In this document: piece after piece, positions 49,041-57,869 of the stretch
How positions within the stretch are numbered: position 1 is the first letter of the stretch
Layout of the letters: every line of letters starts with the position of its first letter
NCBI GenBank assembly: GCA_041611095.1
Contig: JBFINP010000006.1
Coordinates: 12,394 to 76,393, forward strand
DNA from: Acidimicrobiia bacterium
Lineage (GTDB): Bacteria; Actinomycetota; Acidimicrobiia; Spongiisociales; UBA5794
DNA length: 64,000 nucleotides
Reading direction: 5' to 3'
The notes under the pieces: generated by a model
What the model saw: only the letters and a program-made list of their open reading frames with translations
What the model was told of the DNA's origin: nothing
Databases searched by the model: none
Position numbers and translations under genes: made by a program

Positions 49041-50102
49041 TCACTCGCCTGCGGTGACATCCGCCTCGAGGTTGAGGCGGTCGACGAGCGCCCGCAGGCG
49101 ACCAAGACCGCGCCGGTTGAAGTGCAGACGAAGGCGGGGGAGTTCGACGTGGTCGTCGTCGGCGATCTCGCGCTCGGTAGCACCGATCTTCTCGATGCGA
49201 CCCTGCACCAGGAGATCGGCGTAGTCGCTGTTCAGCTCCTCGACGAGGGGGGCGCTGGGCTCGTGCTTCAACCGCAGAACGAGCTTGCCTTCGACGTATC
49301 GCTGCGAGTGGTAGTTGCCGTAGAACCGCCTGATCTCCCGGCAGGCGTCCTCGATGTCGGTCGTGAAGTGGAACAGGTTGCGATCGTGCGGGGAGATCAT
49401 GCCCTGGCGCTCGAGCACTCCGATGAACTCGAGCCACGACTCCCAGTAGCCCGTGCCGGGCGCTTCGATGAGCACGATCGGGTGCAGGTCGGACTTGCCC
49501 GTCTGGATCAGGGTCAGCAGCTCGAATGTCTCGTCTTGGGTGCCGAAGCCACCGGGGAAGATCGCAAACGCGTCGGACTCCTTGACGAACATGAGCTTCC
49601 GGGTGAAGAAGTACTTGAAGTTGATCAGGCGGCTCTCGTGCACGTAGGGATTCGCCTCGGCCTCGAACGGCAGCCGGATGTTGACCCCGAACCCGTACTC
49701 GGTGCCGGCGCCCTTGTTGCCGGCCTCCATGATTCCCGGACCGGCGCCGGTGACCACCATCCACTTGTGCTCGTCCGCCATCCGGTTGGCGAAGTCGGCG
49801 GCGAGGAGATAGTTCGGGTCGTTCGGCGGCGTGCGGGCCGATCCGTAGATCGTCACCTTCGGCGTCTCTCGGTAGCGGGAGAAGATCAGAAACGAATACC
49901 GCAACTCCTTGAGCGCACTGTTCACCAGCTTCAGGTCACCTCGGTCGGTGTCGTCACGCAGCAGCTTGAGCCCGCTCACGAGCATCTCGGCAACGAGATC
50001 CTCGTCGCGATCTTGGGCCGGATGGCCGTCTTCCGAGACGGCATCGCGGATCAGCTCGGCGAGACGGCGATCGAGATCGTCGCCCAGGCGGTAGCGTCGC
50101 AT
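49041..50102 (-). CDS. LOG-family (TIGR00730) Rossmann-fold protein
   Basis: YGSART, TGAGPGIMEAGNKG, FKYFFTRK, PGGFGTQDE; TACATT -10 (leaderless). Confidence 0.9.
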   Translation of the reverse strand: MRRYRLGDDLDRRLAELIRDAVSEDGHPAQDRDEDLVAEMLVSGLKLLRDDTDRGDLKLVNSALKELRYSFLIFSRYRETPKVTIYGSARTPPNDPNYLLAADFANRMADEHKWMVVTGAGPGIMEAGNKGAGTEYGFGVNIRLPFEAEANPYVHESRLINFKYFFTRKLMFVKESDAFAIFPGGFGTQDETFELLTLIQTGKSDLHPIVLIEAPGTGYWESWLEFIGVLERQGMISPHDRNLFHFTTDIEDACREIRRFYGNYHSQRYVEGKLVLRLKHEPSAPLVEELNSDYADLLVQGRIEKIGATEREIADDDHVELPRLRLHFNRRGLGRLRALVDRLNLEADVTAGE

Positions 50103-50156
50103 GGAGCGAATGTAGTCGCCCGGCCACCCATCCGAACCCCAGTGCTCCAGCGATTC

Positions 50157-50303
50157 AGCGATGCATAGCGAGCCGGGGTGCTCGTCGGGGGTCGCTCCGC
50201 GACCCCCCACGTTCCGCGGTGCGGTGACTCTGCCGCCGCACCGCACAATGAGCCCGCCGGGAGGCGGTCGCCTGCAACTCGTCCGAAGCCTGCTTCGGAC
50301 GAA
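50157..50303. repeat. Structured intergenic repeat, copy B (inverted relative to copy A)
   Basis: Reverse complement aligns end to end with 5088-5233. Confidence 0.85.
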
Positions 50304-50318
50304 GCTAGGTTTGGGCTG

Positions 50319-50981
50319 ATGCTTGCCCCCGACTTCACGCTCCCTGATCACGCCGCCGAGGACTGGACGCTGTCCGACCAGCGCGGAGCGGCAGTGGTCC
50401 TCCTCTTCCTTCGCGGTGACTGGTGAGCCTATTGCAACGGCCAGCTGGTCAGCGTGGCGCGCAGATACGACGAGTTCACGGGTGCCGGGGCGATCGTGGC
50501 AAGCGTGAGCGTCGACTCCGTCGGCCAGAACGCAGCGATGGTCGACAAGCTGCAATTGCCGTTCCCGCTACTCTCCGATCCTGACCGGAGCGTCGCGGTC
50601 GGGCCCTACGGCGTGGCCGATCCCGTGGACGCTCGCGAGATCGCGCTTCCGACGACGGTCGTGATCGACCCCGCCGGGGCGGAGGTGTGGCGACGTTCCT
50701 CGACAGACTTCGCCGATCGTCCCGAAGAGGACTTGACGCTCGAGGTCGTGAACGCGCTCGACCTGCCCGCCACGACAGCGGCGGCCGTGAAGCGCGGACG
50801 GCCCGAGCCCGGACCGAAGGCGATGCCGTTCGATGCCCTGACGGCGTACTACCGCGGGGCCAAGTTTGCGGCGATCGCCATGGGCCGTCGTTTCCCCGAC
50901 GCGCGCGACACCTCCATGGCCTATGCGGCGCAAATGGACCGTTATGTCGAGGCCGTCCACCAGACGAGGGATCTGCGCTGA
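50319..50981 (+). CDS. AhpC/TSA peroxiredoxin-like selenoprotein (in-frame UGA read as Sec, UxxC)
   Basis: MLAPDFTLPD...LLFLRGDW-[TGA 50424-50426]-AYCNGQL...SVDS...FPLLSDP, one continuous thioredoxin fold. Confidence 0.85.
50433..50463 (+). promoter_or_regulatory. Candidate bacterial SECIS hairpin
   Basis: GCCA-GCT-[GGTC]-AGC-G-TGGC; the G-led apical loop starts 20 nt after the UGA. Confidence 0.6.
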
Positions 50982-51001
50982 GCCGCACCGACGGAGGCCC
51001 T

Positions 51002-51640
51002 GTGGCCCACATCGTGTGGGATTGGAATGGGACGCTGCTCGACGACCTCGCCGTAGTGGTCGCCGCCGTCAACGTGTCCCTGGCCGAGCTGGGTGCGCCA
51101 CCGATCGACGCCGACACCTACCGCGACCACTACACGCGGCCGGTCCACCTCTTCTATGAACGCCTCCTGGGACGCCGTCTCTCGCCGACCGAGTGGACCC
51201 AAGTCGACGAGGTGTTCCACGTCGCGTACCGGACCGGGGTCCGTGACGCATACCTGACCATCGACGCCGAACCGGCGCTCCGACAGGTCGCATCGAGCGG
51301 GGCGACTCAATCGTTGCTGTCGATGTGGTGGCACGACGAGCTGCAGCCGGTCATACGCAGGTTCGGGATCGACGGCTTCATGGAGCGGGTCGACGGCAAC
51401 CGCGGCGAGGCGGGGGAGACCAAGCTTCGCCACCTCGCCGCCCATCTCGAGGCCCTCGGGCGCGACCGCGCCGTGGTCATCGGCGACAGCGTCGACGACG
51501 GCCGTGCCGCCCTCGAGCTCGGCCTGCCGTGCGTCATGTACGACGGGGGGTCGCACCACCGCCGGGGCCTCGAGGAGCTGGGGGCGCCGGTCGCCGATTC
51601 GCTCCTCGCCGCGGTCGAACTGGCCAAGGCGCAATGGTGA
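51002..51640 (+). CDS. HAD-family hydrolase
   Basis: WDWNGTLLDD, LLS, K, IGDSVDD. Confidence 0.9.
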   Translation: MAHIVWDWNGTLLDDLAVVVAAVNVSLAELGAPPIDADTYRDHYTRPVHLFYERLLGRRLSPTEWTQVDEVFHVAYRTGVRDAYLTIDAEPALRQVASSGATQSLLSMWWHDELQPVIRRFGIDGFMERVDGNRGEAGETKLRHLAAHLEALGRDRAVVIGDSVDDGRAALELGLPCVMYDGGSHHRRGLEELGAPVADSLLAAVELAKAQW

Positions 51641-52560
51641 TGCACAGGGCGTATCGCGGTCCGGAGGACGTCGGCGCCCTCCAGGCGTTCCAGGCCTCGG
51701 CGATCGAGCGCGCCGACCATCGCGGGTATCTCCACGTCGGGGATGTTGCCCACCGGATGTTCAACGGGCTGCGCAATGAGCCCAATCTGTCCGACCTCAT
51801 GCGTCTATGGGAATCGGACGGGAGGATCATCGCCTGGGCGCTCGTGGAACCGAAGCATCCAGGCTTCGATGCCCAGGTCGACCCGGACGTCCGTCGAGAG
51901 CAACCCGAGCTGGAACGGGAGGTGCTCGAGTGGGCGCAGGCCAGAACCGTCGAGGTTCTCGACGAACAGGGGGCAGGGGCCGGGGAGATCCTCGCCGAGG
52001 TGTTCGACGCGGACGAGCACCGACGGCGGCACTTGCTGGAGATGGGCTGGTCTCCGGGGACCGAGATCTTCGTCCTGACCCGCCGCTCGCTCCGGTCCGC
52101 ACCTGAGCTGAAGCTCCCGCCGGGCTACACGATCCGGCAGGTGCGCGGAACCGACGAGGCCGAAGCCGTCGCCGCCGTCCACGCCGCATCCTTCGGCTCG
52201 GTGTGGCTTCCCGGCCAGTATCGCTCGGTCATGGAGTCGCCGGGCTACGACCCGGAGCGCGAACTGCTGGCGGTGGCGCCGGACGGGGAACTCGCCGGGT
52301 TCACGGTCCTCTGGTACGACGAGCGCAACGGGATCGGGCTGTTCGAGCCGGTAGGTGTCCACCAGGACCACCGGAGACGTGGATTGGGCAGGGCGCTGCT
52401 GGCTGCGGGATGTGAGCAGATGCGTTCGGCCGGTCTCGCCACGGCCACCGTCATGTACGAGGAGGCCAATCCGGCGTCCGGGCCGTTGTACCTGGCGATG
52501 GGCTTCGAACCGGCGTGGCCGATCCGGGACTACCGCAAGGACATCACTCCCGGAAGTTGA
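51640..52560 (+). CDS. GNAT N-acetyltransferase (tandem GNAT)
   Basis: FEPVGVHQDHRRRGLGRAL, NPASGPLY..MGF. Confidence 0.87.
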   Translation: MHRAYRGPEDVGALQAFQASAIERADHRGYLHVGDVAHRMFNGLRNEPNLSDLMRLWESDGRIIAWALVEPKHPGFDAQVDPDVRREQPELEREVLEWAQARTVEVLDEQGAGAGEILAEVFDADEHRRRHLLEMGWSPGTEIFVLTRRSLRSAPELKLPPGYTIRQVRGTDEAEAVAAVHAASFGSVWLPGQYRSVMESPGYDPERELLAVAPDGELAGFTVLWYDERNGIGLFEPVGVHQDHRRRGLGRALLAAGCEQMRSAGLATATVMYEEANPASGPLYLAMGFEPAWPIRDYRKDITPGS

Positions 52561-53029
52561 CGTACTGCAGCGGGATCCTGTAGTCCAGCTCCTTGAGCGT
52601 TGCGATGACCTGCTGCAATTCGTCACGCTTCTTGCTCTGGACGCGGAGCTGACCTCCCTGGACCTGGGCCTGGACCTTGAGCTTCGTGTCCCTGATCACC
52701 TTGCCCAGCTCTTTCGCCGCATCTTGGGGGATGCCTTGGCGCAGCGCGAACTCGGTCCGGACTCGTCCACCGGCGGCCGGTTTCACGTCCCCGCCCTCGA
52801 GCACCTTCAGCGACACGCCACGTTTCACCAGCCGACCCTTGAGGACGTCGATGGCAGCGTCGAGGCGTCCCTCGGCGGCCGACTCGAGGGCGATCGACCC
52901 GTCGGACAGGTCGATCTTGGTGTCGGTCCCCTTGAAGTCGAACCGATTGACGATCTCGCGCATCGCCTGGTCGACGGCGTTGCGCACTTCTTGCATGTCG
53001 ACTTGGGAGACCACATCGAAGCTCGGCAT
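52544..53029 (-). CDS. yajQ: YajQ-family nucleotide (c-di-GMP)-binding protein
   Basis: MPSFDVVS, NRFDFKG, KKRDELQ, PLQYVNFR. Confidence 0.93.
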   Translation of the reverse strand: MPSFDVVSQVDMQEVRNAVDQAMREIVNRFDFKGTDTKIDLSDGSIALESAAEGRLDAAIDVLKGRLVKRGVSLKVLEGGDVKPAAGGRVRTEFALRQGIPQDAAKELGKVIRDTKLKVQAQVQGGQLRVQSKKRDELQQVIATLKELDYRIPLQYVNFRE

Positions 53030-53087
53030 CGGCGGCAGGCTAGGCGAATCCGCCACGCCGGGCGCCGCGGCCCTACCGTGGCGGCCG

Positions 53088-53624
53088 ATGCAGCAGGATC
53101 TGCCCGTTCTCATCGGCGCCGGCGACATCGACGATCGGGTTGCCGCACTGGCGGTGGCGATCGACGAGGCGTATCGCGACACCGAAATGCTGGTGCTGAT
53201 CGGCGTGCTCAAGGGCTCGTTCATCTTCCTCGCCGATTTGTCGCGGCGGCTCCGCGTGCGTCACCGCGTCGAGTTCATCGCCGTGACCAGCTACGGCGCC
53301 GCGCGGAGCGAGGATCCCGGAGCCGTGCGGCTCCTCATGGACGTTCGCCACGACATCACGGGCGAGGACGTGCTCGTGGTGGAGGACATCGTCGACACGG
53401 GGCACACGCTGAGCTACCTGCTCCGGATGCTCTCCGCACGCAATCCGCACACACTGCGAACGTGTGCGTTGCTCCACAAACCGGAGCGGACCGTCGCCGA
53501 CGTCGCCATCGACTTCCTCGGATTCGCGATACCCGACGTGTGGGTGGTCGGGTACGGGCTCGACTACGCCGAGCAGCACCGCACGCTGCCCGACATCTGC
53601 TCGTTGCCTCCCGAGCTGCGCTGA
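53088..53624 (+). CDS. hpt: Hypoxanthine phosphoribosyltransferase
   Basis: VLKGSFIFLADL, VVEDIVDTGHTL, VVGYGLDY. Confidence 0.93.
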   Translation: MQQDLPVLIGAGDIDDRVAALAVAIDEAYRDTEMLVLIGVLKGSFIFLADLSRRLRVRHRVEFIAVTSYGAARSEDPGAVRLLMDVRHDITGEDVLVVEDIVDTGHTLSYLLRMLSARNPHTLRTCALLHKPERTVADVAIDFLGFAIPDVWVVGYGLDYAEQHRTLPDICSLPPELR

Positions 53625-53640
53625 CGGCCCGGGACGATCG

Positions 53641-53892
53641 TCAGCGACGCTCGGCGCGTGGGCGAGCCTCGTTGACCGTGAGGGGCCGGCCGCCGAAATC
53701 AGAGCCGTTGAGATCCGCGATGGCCTTGCGCCCCGCCTCGTCCGGCATCTCGACGAAGCCGAAGCCGCGAGAGCGGCCGGTGTCGCGGTCCATGATGACT
53801 GAGGCCGAATGCACCGGGCCGTACTCGGAGAACAGCTCTTCGAGGTCGACGTTGGTCGTCGAGAACGGGAGGTTGCCTACGTAGATGTTCAC
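53641..53892 (-). CDS. RRM RNA-binding protein
   Basis: RNP2 IYVGNL, RNP1 RGFGFVEM, VNEARPR. Confidence 0.93.
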   Translation of the reverse strand: MNIYVGNLPFSTTNVDLEELFSEYGPVHSASVIMDRDTGRSRGFGFVEMPDEAGRKAIADLNGSDFGGRPLTVNEARPRAERR

Positions 53893-54070
53893 GGCGTCGC
53901 TCGCCTTTCGTCCTTGGCCACACCCTTTGTGGCCGCCGCACTCGTGCCGGCTGTGCTCCTCCGCCATTCCGGTCCACATGAGAGGGGGGTCTGGGCGAGT
54001 CGCCGCCTGAGCAGCACGGTCAGCTTAGCTGCCGCCTGTCGGGTCGCCGGTCCACGGGCGCGACGACGGC

Positions 54071-55063
54071 TCAGTCGCGGAAGGCGGGTCCCTTGGGGCC
54101 TCGCCGGACGACTGCCGCCCACACCGTGTCGTAATGGTCGCGGTCGAATGGCTCGATGTGGGGGAGGACGAACTCGTCCCACGACCGTCGCAACGGATCG
54201 TCGGCGTCGTTGTTCATCCGCAGCCCGGCTGGGATGCGCTCCAGCACCGCCCGCAGGCTGAGTGGTGTCTCGACCCTGGTCCGGGCGTCGGTCGAGGTGA
54301 ACGACGCGTTCACCTCGACGGCGAGTTTGGCGATCGCCGTGACGTACTCGCTCTTGAGGGTCGGGTGGCGGCGCTCCAGCATCGACACCAGCTCGTCTCG
54401 GGCCGGAAACGACTTCTCCCAGATGAGCCACCGGTCGGCGAAGGCCTTGTTGAGTGTCTGGGTTCCCGCGTAGTCCCGCAGGTCGGTCGGGTTGAGCGTC
54501 CCGAAGATCCGTACGTCGGGTCGCAGGTGAATCATCTCGCCGGTCGGCAGCTCGAGGGCCCGGTGCCGGTCGAGGAGCCCGTGCAGGGCGAAGAGCGTCT
54601 CGGCGCCGGCCGCGTTGAGCTCCGAGAGGTTGACGAGGGCCGGGCCGCGCAAGGCCCGAGTGATGTCACCGTCCTCCCACCGGCTCTCGGTCCCGCCCTT
54701 GCCGTCGCCGTGGAGCTTGACGGATCCGATCAGGGTGATGTCGCGCACCTCGCCGGTGAGGGGGATGCGGTAGTAGGGGAGCCGGAGAAGAGCGGCGAAC
54801 TGCTCGAGGTCGTGGTCTTTGCCGGTGCCCATGTGACCGCGCAGCGCGAGATGGAGCGGCATGTCTTGGAGGTAGTGGCGCCGGACATTCTCGAGCTGAG
54901 CGAGCCGGTACAGCATCCCGAGGTCGACGTAGTACGGGTCGGGTTCCGGGACGTGCTGCATCCGAAGCTCTTGGTCGGGTAGGTCCTTCGGGATGTCGAC
55001 GGTTTCGAGCTCGATCGGGGTGCCGTCACCAACCGGGTCCTTGAAGATCACCGTTTCCGACAT
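54071..55063 (-). CDS. MoxR-type AAA+ ATPase (CbbQ/NirQ/NorQ/CobS-like) with atypical Walker motifs
   Basis: GHMGTGKD, DGDITRAL, LVNLSELN, GTLNP..YAGTQTLNKAFADRW, LSLR; GGAGG SD. Confidence 0.85.
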   Translation of the reverse strand: MSETVIFKDPVGDGTPIELETVDIPKDLPDQELRMQHVPEPDPYYVDLGMLYRLAQLENVRRHYLQDMPLHLALRGHMGTGKDHDLEQFAALLRLPYYRIPLTGEVRDITLIGSVKLHGDGKGGTESRWEDGDITRALRGPALVNLSELNAAGAETLFALHGLLDRHRALELPTGEMIHLRPDVRIFGTLNPTDLRDYAGTQTLNKAFADRWLIWEKSFPARDELVSMLERRHPTLKSEYVTAIAKLAVEVNASFTSTDARTRVETPLSLRAVLERIPAGLRMNNDADDPLRRSWDEFVLPHIEPFDRDHYDTVWAAVVRRGPKGPAFRD

Positions 55064-55112
55064 GCGGGAATCCTCCTGTGTTTCGTTGCGGAAGAGGGGA
55101 GAGCTGGGCGGA

Positions 55113-57404
55113 TCACGATGCCAGCTCCGCTCCATCCAGGCCGGGCGCCGTGACACCCATGCGCACGATTCGCTCCGGGTGGGACCACCAGCCGTGGCCG
55201 CCCATTGTCGCCAGCGTTCTATAGAGGGTCGAACGGACCCCTTCGACCATGGCGCGTGCCAGCTCGTCGGGCCGTTCGACCACCTGATTGCGTGCGTAGG
55301 CGGCCTGCACCGTGGTGTCGCCGATTCCGATGCCGAGCACCACCGTTCCGGACTGCTCGATCGCCTCCACGGAGTCGGCGAGCGCCTGGACGGAGCCACG
55401 TGTCATGCCGTCGGCGAGCACTACCAGGATGCGGGTGGCGACATGGCGACCACCGAGGCGTCCGGCGGCGTAGGCGAGGTTGAACTCGTCGACGTTGGCG
55501 GCTTTGTCGAACATCGAGACCGGTGGTGCGCTCTCCGGGTCCTGACGGGCCCTCCGCCCCGCCTCACCTGGGCTTGCCGCAGTCCAGAACAGCCCTGCAA
55601 TGAGATCGTCGGCGCCGCGCCACCGTCGGTCGAAGGGCTTGACGAGGTAGTGGTTCACGGTGCGCGTCAGCCGCTCGGCCGCACCACCCTGGGTGCGTCG
55701 TAGCGCACCCGTCGCCCGGTGACGCCGGTCGCTGAACGAGCGCTCAGAGTCGTCGGCGGCGGCGGCGAAGGCACGGTTGAACAGAGCGACTTCGAACTCG
55801 ATCTGGAGCTCGTCGCACAGGTGGGCGAGCGTCCATGCCCCCAGCGTGGCGGCCGCGAGGGCCCAGGGGGTCTTCCGGCCCCCGGGCGCCGGTCGCGGCT
55901 GGAGCATGCTCGCCGATCCGTCCACGAGGACGCTGACGGCATAGGAGCGGCGCATCGGCAGGTCGCGACGCTCGAACATCCGCTCGTAGAGGCCGGCGCC
56001 GAGCAACAGGGCAGCGTGCGGGGACAGATCGCCGGCGTCGTAGCCGCTGCGCAGGCCTCGGCGCTGGTTGGCGAGGAACAACGGATACAGCTCTCCCGAC
56101 ACCCTCCGCTGGGCAACGGCCCAACGCATGGCGGCATCGTCGATGAGGGCCCGCCCGTCGCCGGCGAACTGGCCGAACCGACTCGGGAACGACCCGACGA
56201 CCAGCTTGCCGCCTTGCCCCGTCGGCAGGTAGACCGTCGGTGCTTCGCTGACGAGAACGACCTGCTCCGTCGCCGGATCGCCGGCGTGCTCGGCCTCGCC
56301 CTTGCGTCCGGCCTCCGCACTCACCGACTGGGCCGCCTGTCGCGTCTGCTCATAGGACTCTCGGTCGCGCAGGGGAGGCGTGACCATGCGCACGGCGTCG
56401 ACGGTCTCGGCAATAGCCGACGCATCGGCCTCGTCCCGGAGCTTGCGGGTCGCGGACGTGTCGACGCCGCCGGCGTCGGTGACGAGCTGGTGGAGACGCG
56501 CCACCTCGAGCAACTGGAGCGCAATGGTCCCGGTCTCCCAGGGCCCGTCGGCTTCCGGCAGCTCGTCGAGGAAGACCGTGGCGTCATCGAGGGCACCGGC
56601 CACGGCCGGGGCGACGCGGCGCTCCAGCTCCTTCCGCTCGAGGTAATCGCCGACGAGCAGGAAGCAGCTCAATGCAAACTGGCCCAGCGCCCGTGCCTCG
56701 CGCATCGCATCGGGCACGGCCGCCCGGTAGAGATCGGCGAGCACAGACCTGGCGCCGCCGTATGCACCGAAGTGGATGCGCTCTTGGCGAGCATCCTCGA
56801 TGCTCAGGAACAATGCTTCTGCGGATTCGCCTCCGGCTTCGTTCAAGGCGTCGAGGAGGGCGAACTCCTGGGCCGGCGAAGCGGCGGCCTCCGCCCCGGC
56901 CTCACCGTCGTCTTCCCTGATCGAGGCCGCCACCGCCGCCATGTCCTCGTCGTCGTCGAAGAGCGACAGCGGGCTGGTGATGGGCTCCTCGGGCGGAGGG
57001 ACCGCTGCCGGGCGGCGATGGCGGACCCACTCGGCGGGAAGGGGGCGCCGCTCGTCGAGGTCGGTGGCGATCAAATGGATGGCCTCGTGCAACGCCGACG
57101 TCAGTGCCACTTCGGTAGGAGTGACCGGTGCGTTCCGCGCATAGGCGGCTTGGAACGTGCCCGGATCCAGGACGATCTCACCGTCACCGGCGGCGGCCTG
57201 CGAGCCGAGCCGTACCCGCAGCTCCTCGTCGTCGGCGACGGCGCGCGCAAAGCGCGTGACAGCCGGCGCCACCCTCTGGTACCGGGCAACGACGGCCTCG
57301 ATGGCGCGCTCGTCGGCGGGCAGGATGCCTGTGAGCACGGACTCGTTGCGACGACGCATAACCGTCGATTGTCTCACACGGGGCGGAATCGTGTTCCGGT
57401 TCAC
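55113..57404 (-). CDS. vWA-domain protein (CobT/NorD/CbbO-like)
   Basis: HEAIH, IEDARQE, MIDAS DGSAS and LADG, LGIGIG. Start uncertain (57404 follows AGGAG; 57359 is an alternative). Confidence 0.82.
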   Translation of the reverse strand: MNRNTIPPRVRQSTVMRRRNESVLTGILPADERAIEAVVARYQRVAPAVTRFARAVADDEELRVRLGSQAAAGDGEIVLDPGTFQAAYARNAPVTPTEVALTSALHEAIHLIATDLDERRPLPAEWVRHRRPAAVPPPEEPITSPLSLFDDDEDMAAVAASIREDDGEAGAEAAASPAQEFALLDALNEAGGESAEALFLSIEDARQERIHFGAYGGARSVLADLYRAAVPDAMREARALGQFALSCFLLVGDYLERKELERRVAPAVAGALDDATVFLDELPEADGPWETGTIALQLLEVARLHQLVTDAGGVDTSATRKLRDEADASAIAETVDAVRMVTPPLRDRESYEQTRQAAQSVSAEAGRKGEAEHAGDPATEQVVLVSEAPTVYLPTGQGGKLVVGSFPSRFGQFAGDGRALIDDAAMRWAVAQRRVSGELYPLFLANQRRGLRSGYDAGDLSPHAALLLGAGLYERMFERRDLPMRRSYAVSVLVDGSASMLQPRPAPGGRKTPWALAAATLGAWTLAHLCDELQIEFEVALFNRAFAAAADDSERSFSDRRHRATGALRRTQGGAAERLTRTVNHYLVKPFDRRWRGADDLIAGLFWTAASPGEAGRRARQDPESAPPVSMFDKAANVDEFNLAYAAGRLGGRHVATRILVVLADGMTRGSVQALADSVEAIEQSGTVVLGIGIGDTTVQAAYARNQVVERPDELARAMVEGVRSTLYRTLATMGGHGWWSHPERIVRMGVTAPGLDGAELAS

Positions 57405-57426
57405 GGCCACTCCTACGCTGGTGTCC

Positions 57427-57849
57427 ATGGACGATCTGGAGCTGGCCGGAGGCCGAGTGATCCCGGCGGCCGAGCTCACCGAACGATTCGACCCCAGTGG
57501 GGGGCCGGGTGGTCAGCACGCCAACCGATCGGCGACCCGAGTGGCGCTGTCGTGGGACCTCGGCGCCAGCGCCGTGTTCGAGGGCTCCGAGAGGGACCGG
57601 CTGCTGGCACGGCTCGCAACCCGCCTGCACGAGGGCGTGGTCACGGTGGAGGCCGGGGAGTCGCGCTCGCAGTGGCGCAACCGCCAGCTCGCCCGTCGCC
57701 GGCTCCGCGAGCTCGTCGAGGAGGCGCTCCGACCGGAAACCAAGCGCCGCCCCACCCGTCCGAGCCGCGCCGCCCGCCGGCGCCGTCTCGAGGAGAAGCG
57801 GCGGCGCAGCATCACCAAGCGCCTGCGCGGCAGGCCCGACATCGAATGA
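57427..57849 (+). CDS. arfB: Alternative ribosome rescue peptidyl-tRNA hydrolase ArfB
   Basis: SGGPGGQHAN, RSQWRN, basic tail RRPTRPS. Confidence 0.93.
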   Translation: MDDLELAGGRVIPAAELTERFDPSGGPGGQHANRSATRVALSWDLGASAVFEGSERDRLLARLATRLHEGVVTVEAGESRSQWRNRQLARRRLRELVEEALRPETKRRPTRPSRAARRRRLEEKRRRSITKRLRGRPDIE

Positions 57850-57869
57850 CCGGCGCCGCGATCGCCTCA

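Noticed and set aside
50279-50302. Perfect 11-bp palindrome as a dedicated transcription-factor operator
   Set aside because: It is hairpin 1 of the dispersed repeat, with a covarying twin at 5089-5112.
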